Notes: a model not told the origin generated them from the letters alone. A DNA stretch of 63,421 bases, filler included, from Octopus bimaculoides (GCF_001194135.2; 6 parts of 6 records of this genome joined end to end with filler, not necessarily neighbours in it), one strand, 5' to 3'. Shown: positions 12,639 to 26,458, numbered from the whole stretch's first letter. A program made the numbers and translations.

Positions 12639-14135
12639 TATATATATATATGTGTGTGTGTGTGTGTNNNNNNNNNNNNNNNNNNNNNNNNNNNNNNNNN
12701 NNNNNNNNNNNNNNNNNNNNNNNNNNNNNNNNNNNNNNNNNNNNNNNNNNNNNNNNNNNNNNNNNNNNNNNNNNNNNNNNNNNNNNNNNNNNNNNNNNNN
12801 NNNNNNNNNNNNNNNNNNNNNNNNNNNNNNNNNNNNNNNNNNNNNNNNNNNNNNNNNNNNNNNNNNNNNNNNNNNNNNNNNNNNNNNNNNNNNNNNNNNN
12901 NNNNNNNNNNNNNNNNNNNNNNNNNNNNNNNNNNNNNNNNNNNNNNNNNNNNNNNNNNNNNNNNNNNNNNNNNNNNNNNNNNNNNNNNNNNNNNNNNNNN
13001 NNNNNNNNNNNNNNNNNNNNNNNNNNNNNNNNNNNNNNNNNNNNNNNNNNNNNNNNNNNNNNNNNNNNNNNNNNNNNNNNNNNNNNNNNNNNNNNNNNNN
13101 NNNNNNNNNNNNNNNNNNNNNNNNNNNNNNNNNNNNNNNNNNNNNNNNNNNNNNNNNNNNNNNNNNNNNNNNNNNNNNNNNNNNNNNNNNNNNNNNNNNN
13201 NNNNNNNNNNNNNNNNNNNNNNNNNNNNNNNNNNNNNNNNNATATATATATATATATATATATATACTAGGCTTCCGTTTCCACATTTGTTCCACACACC
13301 TTCCGTCTCTACATTTATTCACAATGCATTGGGCGGCCCGGTGCTAAAGTTGAAGACATTTGTCCAAGATGCTGCGTACTGTGACTAAACTCGAAGCCAC
13401 GTAGTTGGTTGCAAAGCAAATTTCTTAAACATTCTCTTTTCACACTAGAGCAAGTTTATAAAGCTCAGGTGGAGAATACTTCATTTTGAAGCAACTTCTA
13501 TTCATACTTGGTATTTATTACAAGTATAAATTAACATAAACGATTTAGTGTGTATCAATTTGTCATTTTAGCCGTTACGCCGTATTAATTGATATTCATA
13601 AGTAAACATAAATATTACGTGGGAAATATAGACTGTACAATACATTATATAGTTATGAATATAATGTCGTTTGAATCATCAAGGATATATCTTTCGTCTC
13701 TCTATTAAACACATCTACTTTAATGAATACATTACGCATTTTATGGCTTATTATTCCCGTTTCTCAGCCTCTGAGAAATGGATCTACAGCTTTCATTTAT
13801 ATAAGCGGGATGTTCTCTCTAGTAAATGATAAACGTAATTATATTTATCATTTAGCTTGTACATTTACTTATATTCCGAGTTCATTGCTTGCCGAACATC
13901 CCTTTGATCTTTCCATTGATAGATAGATATCTATCAGTATATTAAGAGCGTATATTCTGTGCCTGTGCATATTTATCAGTATATGCATGCAAGCTTGTGA
14001 GTATGTCTTTGTTCAGTTTTATTTCAAGATTTCTTCCCAATAGAGAAAGAGCCGATTTCTAACCACATTCAAGGCTCCTTCATTGGAGTTTTAACATCAA
14101 CAACAGGATATGTATGTATGTATGTATGTATGTGT

Positions 14136-14580
14136 GTATGCATATGTACAGATTTGTATGTTTTGTTTTAGGTATGTATTCTCATGCATATAGTTGCATA
14201 TCTAGACATGCTCATATATATTTAAATGGAGAGTTTTACAGATTTTTACAGTTCCAATAAGTGGTTGGATCTGTTGCCGTTGAATTAGCTTTCTCCTTTC
14301 TGGTTTTGAGAAGCCTAATTTCTCAAGATTGGTATTTATTCTCTTTTTCATTATCTTCAGCTTTATGTTAGCATCCACTGGGCAGCTAATTTCCACAACT
14401 GTGCACAGTTTCTCTTCTCTATCCCAAATCATTATATCAGGTCTGTTGTGCTTACATTTTCTTGAGGTTTTCATTGGGACATTCCACCAGTACTCCTTTT
14501 TATTATAAGTGTCGATGGCTTCTACCATATTGTGCGTTCTTATTTCTTTGTCTTCGGGGTTATCCTTCCGACGGATTTCA
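14136..14580 (-). mobile_element. 5'-truncated R4/Dong-type RLE non-LTR retrotransposon 3' end, internally deleted, inside (CATA)n
   Basis: HNRPDIMIWDREEKLCTVVEISCP is a restriction-like endonuclease PD..E motif; (CATA)n tracts lie on both sides. Confidence 0.85.
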
Positions 14581-14810
14581 TGATGTATGTATGAATGTAT
14601 GTATGTATGCATGCATGCATTCATGTATGTATGTATATATGTATGTTTGTAAGTAACTGTGTTCGAAGATATGCAATCTTAATGCGTGGACAACACTGTG
14701 TCTGGAGAAATGAAGGCCAATTTCGGTCCCTTTAACCATTTAAGATCTTGCTTAAATTTGTCTGACACCTTACGGTCTCGAATTTAAAGGAACATAATTC
14801 CGTAGCTTAT

Positions 14811-14904
14811 CCAACTTCCTACGAGGTTTAGGCGGATAAGATTACAAAACTTCATGACCAACTTCCTAAGAGGTTTAGGCGGATTAGTTTACAAGACTTC
14901 ATGA
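14811..14904. repeat. 47-bp tandem duplication
   Basis: CCAACTTCCTA(C/A)GAGGTTTAGGCGGAT...ACTTCATGA twice, head to tail. Confidence 0.85.
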
Positions 14905-15919
14905 CTAAATAGGACGCCAATTCGCCATAGATTTCCACAGTGCTAATTTTCAGGTGAGGGTGTTGGAGCCGTGTCAAGTGAAGCATCTTGAGATTTGAAC
15001 CGAGAATTGAACCAAGATGCTAACGATCATGAGCCTAACACTCTCACCAGTTGGACATTCGCTTTCATCCTTCTTATATTATGACTTAGATATTTATTCA
15101 AACATATATCTGTCGATCAACAATTCTGCTAATAGTTAGGGAGTTAGGGAGAATCATTAGAGGCTGCAGATAGAATGTTCTGTGCTATGACTACAAGTCC
15201 TGCCAAGGTCGACTTCATCATTCAGTATTCTAAGGTGGACAAATAATACTGGGGTCCATTTTTATTAATTTTTTCTGATTTGTCCATGTATCCAAACTTC
15301 AAGCCTTCTCACATTCTGTCACGGTGATACATCATGAAATTTGCATTAAAGATACATGTGTATGTCGAATACTAAACCATTAACACGTTAATTTCATCTT
15401 TAAGAATTCACTTGGTTCGAACAATTAGATAGTCATCGTCAAGAGCAATGACGATCACATCAGTATTGTAGTATATTAATTATGTATTTTTTTTTGTTTT
15501 TCCTTGTTATGATAATGACAAAAATTATGCAGTCTTAAGATTTCGTGAAAAATTAGCATAAACAGTGATAAATATGTTAATATGACATTTCAAAAGAAAT
15601 CGAATTGTCTTTCTCTCACATCCAGTGATGACCGTGTCAGTTATTGCACTAGAACTACATTGCGCATGAGTAGGTGTAAATTAGCATGTGTGTGCGTGTG
15701 TGTGTGCAAACGCGTATGTGTACGCATGCACACACTTACACACGCACTTACACATATGTATGTATATATATTTATATATATACATATATATATAAACATA
15801 TATATATATATATATATANNNNNNNNNNNNNNNNNNNNNNNNNNNNNNNNNNNNNNNNNNNNTTAATTAATTAANNNNNNNNNNNNNNNNNNNNNNNNNN
15901 NNNNNNNNNNNNNNNNNNC

Positions 15920-16093
15920 AATAGAATTGATTAAGAACCCTTTCTTTAATTATGTTCCAAATATCACATTAATATGTTGATAAATAAAAAAGTTACAGGT
16001 GTTTAATGAGACTAGTCTAAATTCATGATTACTTAGAATTTAATTGAAACTCATGAGGGGTGTATTTTGGCCAGAAATATAGTAACGAAAGGG
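15920..16093 (+). mobile_element. Right end of a piggyBac-like element (second copy, next to a gap)
   Basis: Nearly identical to about 25022-25196; ends GTAACGAAAGGG followed by TTAA. Confidence 0.85.
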
Positions 16094-16719
16094 TTAAGAG
16101 AATTTCTGTAGTTACAAATAGGTATATATTTGTTTGTTCCTTTATTTATTTTTCCCTATCCAAGTTGAATCCGTTTCAAGAGTTTGCATAACTTCTCTCT
16201 CTCGCTCTCTACTCCATCATACTGTCTTCCCCTTTCTCTATTGCTTCTCTCTAAATACGTAGATACACTCTCTCTCTCTAACTCTTTACTTTATTCCATC
16301 ATCCCATAATTCTTCTCTCAGACCCTTAATCTCTCTTCTACTGTTTTCTCTTTTTCTCTCTCTCTCTATTTCCTCTCTATAAATACATAGACACACACAC
16401 ACACTCTCTTTTTCTCTTGACTTTTCTCCATTGCGCCGTCCTTCTCTCAGCTCCCCAAACTCCCCAAATATGTGATGTGTGTGTGTGTTGTTGCCAGTAC
16501 TATCTTTTGTGCCATGCACAAAAAAGATTGTTGTCCAGCAGCTGCCCTTTCAACAACATTTTGATAGGTCTGGTTTGTAGCACATACTACATCTGCGTAC
16601 CTCCATTTTGGGGCAGGTGGTGCATAGTCCTTTCCTTTTGGCAGGTGGTTTCTGCCCTGTTTCATGTTTATGTGGCAACAACACACACGCATCACATCGA
16701 GAGACCTTGTTGCTTGCAA

Positions 16720-19452
16720 TCAAGCCTTATGAATAGCACTTACGGAAACACACCTAAAACCAGATATAGCAAATGCAGAAATACACATACAACAGTATGT
16801 TGTATTACGGACCGACAGGAAAGAAAGGAGTCATGGTGGAGTTGCTATGTACATCCGCGAAGACCTCACACCCCAGGTCCTTTTGTCACACTCAAATTCA
16901 GTATGTGACACACTAATTGTACATATAAGACAACTCGGTGTAGTTATATGTGCTACATATCGCCCTCCAGATGCTCCAAATCATGTAGGAAAGTTTGAAG
17001 ACTGCCTTACAAAAATAGAAGTTCTAGTCATATTAGAACAACACATAAGTGTACTTCTTATGGGAGACTTCAATCTGCCCAATGTCAGATGGCCGAGGGC
17101 CTTTCTCTCCCAGGAATGACGCGATATGAACAAGGACAAGTGAAGTCCCTCCTGAAACTTGTCAACACTTTGTACATGGAACAAATAGTACTCCAACCAA
17201 CCAGGACAGGTAACATACTGGATCTCTGCTTCACAAATAATATGGATCTCATCCATAATGTGAAAGTGACACCGACACTACTCTTGGATCACAACACGGT
17301 AGAGCTGACCATGTATGGACCAAAGGAAACCATGGAGATGCAGCCAACAAGAAACTCTCAGAATCTTTCCAATTTGAACTTCCATAAGGCAAACTGGAAA
17401 CAAATTGAGAAAGAGATCCTCAAACAAAACTGGCCTAAATGTCTCTCCTCACCAGACATCGACATGAAACTTCAACAATTCGTGTCTGTAATGCAAGCCA
17501 TATGCTACAAATGTGCCACGGAGAGAAAGGCAACTGTACACAAGAACAAAATCCCCAGGGAGAGGAAAATTCTTATGAGACAGCGTACAAAAGTTTCAAA
17601 TAGCCTAAATGAACAAATTGAAAGCAGTGAAAAGTCCCGCCTGAAAATACAACTGCTGGAGATTGAAAAAAATCTGCAACACTCCCATGAAAAAGAAAGA
17701 GCAGACAAAGAAGCCTGGGCTATAGACAATATAAAATTTAACCCCCAGAGCTTTCTAGGAGCTTGTCAAAGAAACAGCTTCAGTGCACTGTAGGATAGGG
17801 CCAATCCTCAAAAAAGATGGTACACTCACAGAAAACCCAAGGAGGATAAGTGAAATACTAAATGAGCAATTCAAAAGTGTTTTCACTCCACCCATAGGGC
17901 ACTTTCAAGTCAGCAATCCAACTGACTTTTTCACCACTGCAGATATAAAAACAGAGGCAATGATGATCGCTTACATCAATATAAAGGAAGACTATGTAAT
18001 AAGAGCTATAGATGAAATGAACCCAAACTCAGCTACTGGCCTTGATGGATTCCCAGCAATCCTTCTAAAAGTATGTAAACGAGTCCTAGCAACCCACTGC
18101 AGTGCCTCTTTCAGAGTTCCCTTGCATCTGGCAAACTCCCAAGAACACTGAAGAAGGGTAAAATATGCCCTATTCATAAAGGAGGTAGAAGAGCGGAGGC
18201 CAACAACTACAGACCTATCTCTCTGACCTCACACATCAGCAAGGTCATGGAATGAATAGTCAGAAGAAAACTTATCGCCTTCCTTGAAGAAAATGACTTG
18301 TTGTCTGACACCCAACATGGTTTCTGACAAGGAAGAAGCTGCCTAACTCAGCTCTTACAACACTATGACTGGGTGCTGAGACAGCTACTCAACCACTCAA
18401 ATGTGGAAGTGATATATCTTGACATTGCAAAGGCCTTTGATAAAGTTGATCATGGAATGATATGTCACAAACTGCATGATCTCAGCATAGTTGGAAAATT
18501 GGGAGAATGGCTTCATGACTTTCTGAAGGATAGAAGTCAGGTGGTAGTAGCCAATGGGGCCACCTCCAATGACACGCAAATAGTGAGTGGTGTTCCACAA
18601 GGCACTGTTTTGGGACCATTGCTGTTCATAATGGCCCTTTTAGACAAGCCCTCAGCCACACAGAGAGCCATGATCACAAGTTATGCAGATGATACAAAAG
18701 TCTCACAGAACCCTGAAGACACTATGCACCTGCAATGTGAGGTGGATGAAATATACAAGTGGGCTGAAAAGAATAGCATGCAGTTTAATGCTGAAAAGTT
18801 TCAAGCAAATACACTGGACCTGGAGGGATTGCAATCTCAGAGGAACAGTCAGTGTGAGACCGAGGCTTTTACATGAGTAATGATGCATCCTTTCATGTGC
18901 ATGTTGCTAAATTGGCAATGAAATGCAGGCGACTGACCAGATGGATTCTTAGAACTTTTAGAACAAGAGATCAGGAAATCATGTTGGTTCTCTGGAGGAC
19001 ACTTTTCCTAAGCCACTTTGAATATTGCTCTCAGCTATGGTCACCAACCAGTGTGAAATTAATATCAGAACTTGAGGCAATCCAATGAAGCTACAGGAAG
19101 AAAATAGCCTCTATGTAGCATACAATCTATTGGGAAAGGCTTAAGAGATTAAGACTCTATTCCTTAGAGTGTAGGCAAGAAAGATATGCCATAATATACA
19201 TCTGGAAGATCCTCGAAAGACTTGTCCCAAACTTTGGCATCGAAAGTTACACAAATACTAGAACTGGGCACCACTGCATAGTGCCAAGTATTCCAAATTG
19301 CCATCAAGATGTAGGACAAGATACTGCAATATCCAGGGCTTTAGAGGTCCACAGCTCTTCAATATCCTCGTGAAGGACCTGAGAGATCTGCATGGGGTAG
19401 ATGTAGGTATCTTCAAAGTAAAGCTGGACCTCTTCCTGTCAAGTGTCCCAGA
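16720..19452 (+). mobile_element. Degenerate CR1/L2-group LINE ORF2 (APE endonuclease plus RT)
   Basis: TYRPPD, LMGDFNLP, NILDLCFTN, NYRPISLTS, YLDIAKAFDKVDH, SGVPQGTVLGPLLF and YADDTK motifs, with stops and frameshifts; ends at an assembly gap. Confidence 0.95.
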
Positions 19453-19605
19453 NNNNNNNNNNNNNNNNNNNNNNNNNNNNNNNNNNNNNNNNNNNNNNNN
19501 NNNNNNNNNNNNNNNNNNNNNNNNNNNNNNNNNNNNNNNNNNNNNNNNNNNNTGAAACGTGCGTACTGCAATAACCTTTAAAATCCGTGTTGCTTTTTTT
19601 TTATT

Positions 19606-19638
<33 letters not shown>

Positions 19639-20588
19639 TTGGACGTGGGCGATCGTTGTATAATTTCTTGTCTTGAGGTTCACAGCCGAATGGCTGGGTG
19701 GATTCGTGTGAAAAATGACACACATGTGGAGATGGGTGCATAGATAGGAATGCAGTTTGTATTTTTTCCCTAGCCCCCATAGTTTCTGAGAAAATCGCTT
19801 AAAACATTTTCGAATGGAATTCCCCTGTTAACAAACATTAAAACAGCCAGTTGCTCACACAGCCGGCATATATCATTTCGCTAGCAACAAGGGGAGTACA
19901 GGATGACAGTCAGCCAAAACTTTCGCTATGCTGTCTCTCTTCTTTGACCTCTTTGCAGGGTTAATAATCTTAATCTTTAGTTACAGTTTCTCATTGAAAC
20001 TACATAATAGGCAGAATTGTGGGAGATATGGCTGCTATTTCTACCAGGTCTAGCTACCATGTAGAGGTCTCAACTTAGTTTTTATTCACATATTTGCATT
20101 TCAAAAATTTAACAATCGTTTCCATAAATCAGCTGTTGTAAAAATTTTATATGATGACCTCACATTTTCTATGTATGTGTGTGTACCTTAAAAGATGTCA
20201 ATTATCACAACACACACCTTCACTCACTCACTATCTCTCTTTCTCTTTCACATATCTTCCAATTTCTACTCTCTGCAAATAACATTTTTACTGATACAAC
20301 TGCTTACAAAAATAGGGATTGATGTATAATTTCTTTCTATGTTCATAATTAAATCAATGTTTTAATGATTACACAGAGGTCCAATAGAATAGCTCTCAGA
20401 AACAGACATGTACAAATTCGTTCTTCACAACTCCTGAAGTTGTTTTCTGAAGATGGGGGGTGGGGGTGTCAGGAAATTTCCATACAGCTGGAGGCTCCAA
20501 TTGAAACGGGACCTAAAATGATAGGTTGAGAAATGCTGTTATAGATTATGATAACCGAAAACAATCACAACCACATCATCCAAACAGA

Positions 20589-20615
20589 CCAGGTGAAACC
20601 GGGCTTAGCTGCTAG
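20589..20615 (+). mobile_element. Helitron-like 3' terminus
   Basis: Short hairpin CCAGG-TGAAA-CCGGG followed 8 nt later by CTAG|T. Confidence 0.5.
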
Positions 20616-21179
20616 TGTATANNNNNNNNNNNNNNNNNNNNNNNNNNNNNNNNNNNNNNNNNNNNNNNNNNNNNNNNNNNNNNNNNNNNNNNNNNNNNNN
20701 NNNNNNNNNNNNNNNNNNNNNNNNNNNNNNNNNNNNNNNNNNNNNNNNNNNNNNNNNNNNNNNNNNNNNNNNNNNNNNNNNNNNNNNNNNNNNNNNNNNN
20801 NNNNNNNNNNNNNNNNNNNNNNNNNNNNNNNNNNNNNNNNNNNNNNNNNNNNNNNNNNNNNNNNNNNNNNNNNNNNNNNNNNNNNNNNNNNNNNNNNNNN
20901 NNNNNNNNNNNNNNNNNNNNNNNNNNNNNNNNNNNNNNNNNNNNNNNNNNNNNNNNNNNNNNNNNNNNNNNNNNNNNNNNNNNNNNNNNNNNNNNNNNNN
21001 NNNNNNNNNNNNNNNNNNNNNNNNNNNNNNNNNNNTTTACTCTCTTTTACAAACCCAGTGAACATACATATATTTCCTATTTCAAAGAAATTCAAACAAT
21101 ACATATCAGACCCAAGTTAAAAAGATTCCCTACAATTCAACTTCTCTGGTTAACGTTAACACTCCCACCCCCAATAGGG

Positions 21180-21900
21180 GCCTTAACTCCCACATTTTTC
21201 AGCTCCATGAGCTCCATTTTCAGGAGCAAAATCCTTTTTACAGTGTCCATAACACTGGAATTTTGGAATGTGCACATAAATATCAGTAGTATGGGATACA
21301 TGTGTCATGATTAGAATTTGTTTAGGGTGTGTAAAGAAGGAAAGAACCCTCATATGCAATTTTGATGAAATTCGAATCATAGGGATAAAGAAGATGATGT
21401 CATGCGTTATCAAGGGTACCATTCTTTCTGGATGTGGAAAAGGTGATGACGTCTTTATTCCAAGACTGGATAGGGTTTGAGCTTCATCTGTGTGAATACA
21501 GCTTTAATTAGTTTTGGACCACCTTACATTGTCAGTTCTATCATGTGGTCTGAGAGTATTGTCTGTGATACTTTCACATTGTAGATAAGTTCCACATTGT
21601 TGGTGAAACAGAGGTCTAAGATGTTATTGTTTCTGGATGGAGAGTGTATGGGTTGCTCCATGAACATCAATTTTGTGAGATCAGGTAGAAATTCTGCTTG
21701 ATTGCACTCTTTGCATATCATCTAGCTGATAATATGTTGCCTTCTAGCTGACATTATGTTGCCTTGATGCTGAGGAAGTTAAAGTCACACATCAGAAGTA
21801 CATTAATACATTGGTCAGGCTTTCTTAGTACTTCTTTTATCATTTTAAGGCTTTCCTCAAATTTACCATTGTGATTTGAGGCATCAAGTGGGCAATATAA
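21180..21900 (-). mobile_element. CR1-group LINE endonuclease fragment
   Basis: SRNNNILDLCFTNN...ILSDHMIELTM, similar to the corresponding motif in 17089-17793. Confidence 0.8.
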
Positions 21901-24394
21901 TGTGCATGTGCATATCACTAGGTATCACTATGAATTTTGGAAAATATTTAAATCTAACTCTTACTGTACTTTTTCTTGGAAAACATATCAAAAGAAATAT
22001 TTTGATAACTCATTTGTCAAATTTGGATGAATAATTTAGGAAACATGACAATTTGAATGGTCAGTGAATTGGTTGAAATCTTTCCTAATTGAGCCTAACT
22101 GAATAATTAGCCATATTTGTGACATCATATCTTTGAAACTGAGGTGATAATCTTCTTTAAATTACACAAATTAATAGTGTTCATGGAATAGCAGTTGCCT
22201 ATTTTCTTAGGTTTTTAAAAATGAAACTTTTTTTTGGCAGTTTTTTTTTTTTAATTTGTGTAAAGGCTATTTTGTTGCATGTAACAAACAAGCAGATAAT
22301 CATTAGGAAATATAAAATCTATTCGGATCTCACTCTCCACACATTGTTTAAACAGTGAGAGTGAATAAACAACATTCTCAATATGATGATTCCATGCTAA
22401 TATTGAAATCTAGAAGATTTATGTATCTTAATTTAGTGCATTTTTTCATAGAAATATACATTTACTTACCAATTAGTTTGCCCATTTCTTGAAATTCTGG
22501 CTCAAACTCAATATTCAAAGTCTTGGATTTGTGTTCTGTTTCAGTTCTTGCTGCAGAGGAATGTGATTTTGACAAGTAGTGTCAGTGGTATTCCCCTTTT
22601 TATTGACTTTGCTCTTTTGTGCCATATCATTACTCTGACCAGATTCTGCAATGACCATACTGAATTCGTGAGAAATTTTCTTTTCTTATGGTATAAAAAT
22701 CTTGAAGAACATATGTTCTTTTCTAAGTGAAAATTAATGATAAAATTTTCACTTTTATATTTCTTAATGATTATCTGACTTAGTGAATGAAGTAGATGAA
22801 GACAGAGAGAAGAGAGCAACTGGTGAGGGAGGAAGGAAGGGAGTGGAGAGAGAAAAATGGTATGTGTATTTTGCTTATTTTCTTGAATTTTTTTAGGAAG
22901 CTAATTTCCAAGAGGATCAGGAAGAAAATGGAGGTTTTGAAATATACCTTTTCCAAGTTATTAGTAGCATAAATACAGCAAAAATCTTTTTGCTAAGACT
23001 CTTAGTAAGAATAGAAACTAAATTACTGTCTTGATTTGTCAGGAGCTTTACCTCTAGTTCTACAATTTGTCACATTTTCATGAATTATTAAAATACATCA
23101 GTCTGTAAACTGGTTTTAATGCCAAGATAATTTATAAAGTTTGAGGAGATTATAATGACACCATGAAAGTTTTGTTTTGTGTGGTTGACCTGCCAAAAAT
23201 AGCAACCAAACTTCCCTCATCACATCTGAAAAAAACCCCCAAAAAACGACCAAGTTGGCTTCAGACAAATCACAAGGCACCCATTTTCTGAGTTTTGGGA
23301 CCTTTCAAAGCTGTTGAAGATGGTGATAAACAGTTGTATGGCTTGAACAAAGCTTACTTAATGTTATCTTTAACATCAAATTCTTAAACAAAATCTCAAA
23401 CTTATAGTTAATCAACCCACTTATAGGCTCCATCCCTCTTTAATCTGGATTGGGATATTTCTGCAAGACTTTTTCAATATAGTAGGCATAGACAAAACTC
23501 TTTCTATTACACTGTTTTAAGTCTGGTGTACTCCAACTTTCAGTTATGTTTCCTACACTATAAGCAAGCATGTGCAGAAGGTAGTGTGATGATAATAAAG
23601 ATATGTTATGGTGAAAGTGCAGATAATTTTGAGTTCCTCTCATAGATACTCATTTCATTAATCAGATTGAAGACAGTGGCATGCAGTGTCATTGTTAACT
23701 ATTAGAATGGATGACGAATGTTAGTTTTGAAAGTTGCTGAATTACTTTTAACAAAGTTAGTTGAAAATATAGTTAGTTTAGGTATGATGTAGTTTGAGTC
23801 AACTGCAGAAATTAACTTGCAGAATTTTTGATTAACTGGGTCTGATGTTCTGACCAATCAACTATTGTCTTGGATGATAATAGTGTTGTCATTTTAAGGT
23901 ACTTATCTCCATTCTTTGTAGTATTTTAGTTGTTGCAAAGTCATGAGATGAAATTCCACTAATATACACATACACACATTAATGGTAATGAAGAACTTCA
24001 TAATTGGGGTTGAATATAGATAATTTTGGTTGGGGATAAACAGTAACAAGCAATATGGACAGAATATGGTCTTCTGTTTGGTTAGCAGAAATTTCATGAT
24101 GCTGTAAGTCTCACCTCAACATGAAATTAATATGGTGCTAGAGAAGTCACTGTTATGTGGGTGGAAATAATGAAATAATTTAAAGATGAATTATTAAAAT
24201 TAGAATTATTAAAGCCATAAATGGTCCTGAACTTTAAGCAACATAATTTAATGAATAACTCTTGTGGAAGTTGGAATGCTACAGGTATAATTCACAAACT
24301 GTTTTACATGAGTATGCAATTCCTGCACTTCCTTGGACTTACACAACTAATATATTATCCTGGAATTTCAGTTTGTATGAACAATTTCCTTTAA

Positions 24395-25196
24395 CCCTTT
24401 CGTTACTAACCCGGCCGTAGCCGGCTGAAAAATTTTTTGGTTCATAAGACTAACCCGGCCGTAGCCGGCCGAGCGTACCCATTGTTATTTAAATGTATAT
24501 TTGAACCCAAATCTCGTTAGTACATTCGTTAAAACACCTGATTTCACTTTGCAAACAGTCGAGTTATTGTCTCCGACATTGTTTGGCGTGATATTTGAAG
24601 ATTTTTTTCCACATTTTTTGCGGTGTTAATTTTTTTCAACTTTGAAGATGGAGAGGAGTTTCATGCTATCAAGCAGTGATTCTGAATTTGAAGGTTTTTC
24701 AACAGAAGATATGGCGATATCGAAGAAAAGAATGAATGAGCTACAAAAGCACGTGGTGAACGATAATGAATCGGATATNNNNNNNNNNNNNNNNNNNNNN
24801 NNNNNNNNNNNNNNNNNACGGGCATTTTTTGCCATAAATATTATTATGGGTATTAGACTGTTACCCAGAATAACAAATTACTGGAGCAATCAGGAACCTT
24901 TTGGCGATGAATATATTTCCAGTATTATGAACGAGTATGATTCGTGAAGCTGAACCAATATTTACATGTGAGAGACACTAGCAGTACCCCAGTACGTGGA
25001 GAACTTTCAGACAAAAATTATGCAATAGAATTGATTAAGAACCCTTTCTTTAATTATGTTCCAAATATCACATTAATATGTTGATAAATAAAAAAGTTAC
25101 AGGTGTTTAATGAGACTAGTCTAAATTCATGAGTATTTTAGAATTTAATTGAAACTCATGAGGGGTGTATTTTGGTCAGCAATAGTAACGAAAGGG
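24395..25196 (+). mobile_element. Internally deleted piggyBac-like DNA transposon
   Basis: TTAA TSDs at 24391-24394 and 25197-25200; TIR CCCTTTCGTTAC; subterminal repeat AACCCGGCCGTAGCCGGC twice; PGBD-like RAFFAINIIMG..P.ITNYWS remnant. Confidence 0.9.
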
Positions 25197-25339
25197 TTAA
25201 GGAAAACTGTCTACTTCTATACACTATGTTAGCCAGTATTTACAGAAATGCTGACTGAGGATACAACTTGGATTTCCAAATCCCCTTTAATCTAATATAT
25301 AATCTCTATATATAAATCTAATATAAAATGTTTCTCATT

Positions 25340-26100
25340 TAGGTGCAAGGTCAGCAATATTGAAGGGAGAAAATGAAATGGGATTTGAACTCAGAATGTA
25401 AAGAGCCATTTTAATAATTATTCTTTCTATTATAGGCACAAGACCTGAAATTTTTTAGGGGAGGGATCTAATCAATTATTTTAATCCCAGTTCTCAACTG
25501 GTACCTATTTCATCAACCCCGAATGGATGAAAGGAAAAGTCGACCTCAGCAGAATTTGAACTCAAAATCTAAAGTCAGATGAAATACTGCTAAGTATTTT
25601 ATCTGGCATGCTAATGATTCTGCCAGCTCATCACCTTAGCCATAATAATAATAATGATTTTAAATTTTTGTCACAAGGGCAGCTTGAGGTTAGGGGGATT
25701 AAGTCGATTTCATCGACTCCAGTGCATAACTGGTACTTATTTAATTGACCCTGAAAGGATGAAAGGCAAAGTCGACCTCAGCAGAATTTGAACTCAGAAC
25801 AGCAACGGGTGAAATACAGCTAAGCATTTCTCCCAGTGCGCTAATGATTCTGCCAGCTCGCTACCTTAGCCATAATGATAATAACAATAATTCTTTCTAC
25901 TATAGGCACAAGGTCTGAAATTTGGAGGAGGGGACTAGTGGATTACATTGACCTCAGTGTTTCACTGGTACTTATTTTATCGACCCCAAAAGGAGGAAAG
26001 ACAAAGTCAACCTTGGCAGAATTTGAACTCAGAATGTAGTGATGGGCAAAATACCACTAAGCATTTTGTCCAGCATGCTAATGATTCTGCTAGCTCACCA
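25340..26100 (-). mobile_element. Head-to-tail cluster of 3-4 tRNA-derived SINE copies separated by short (AAT)n
   Basis: Repeated GAAAGGCAAAGTCGACCTC...GAATTTGAACTCAGAA unit (reverse-complement B box); other copies near 32090-32300, 49572-49795 and 59925-60075. Confidence 0.85.
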
Positions 26101-26117
26101 CTTTCATAATAATGATG

Positions 26118-26160
<43 letters not shown>

Positions 26161-26162
<2 letters not shown>

Positions 26163-26458
26163 TATCGTTAACTGGTCAATTACTGAAATATGTAATGTTG
26201 ACAGAAAAATACAAAAACTGTTGACAATGCATAGAATGCAATTTGGCCTTGATAAATGTGCAAAAGCTACCTTTATCAAAGGAAAAATGACAAATACATC
26301 TAATGTGAACCTTGACCAGCAAAATGTCATAAAAGAGTTAGAACCAGCGGAGAGCTACAAATACCTAGGGGTAATTGAAGGGGACAATATCAAGCACTCA
26401 GTGATGAGGGAAAAGATCAGAAGAGAATGTTATCGCAGGGTGAGAGCAATACTGAAGA
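26161..26458 (+). mobile_element. R4/Dong-type RT fragment directly after (TAA)n
   Basis: MQFGLDKCAK...YKYLGVIE...RRVRAILK and NIVNW...DRKIQKLLTMH motifs; ends at a gap. Confidence 0.85.

Noticed and set aside
15863-15874. TTAATTAATTAA embedded between N runs (also near 26503, 42541, 57443, 62261)
   Set aside because: An identical 12-mer always flanked by Ns, with stops in all frames: a scaffolding linker, not biology.
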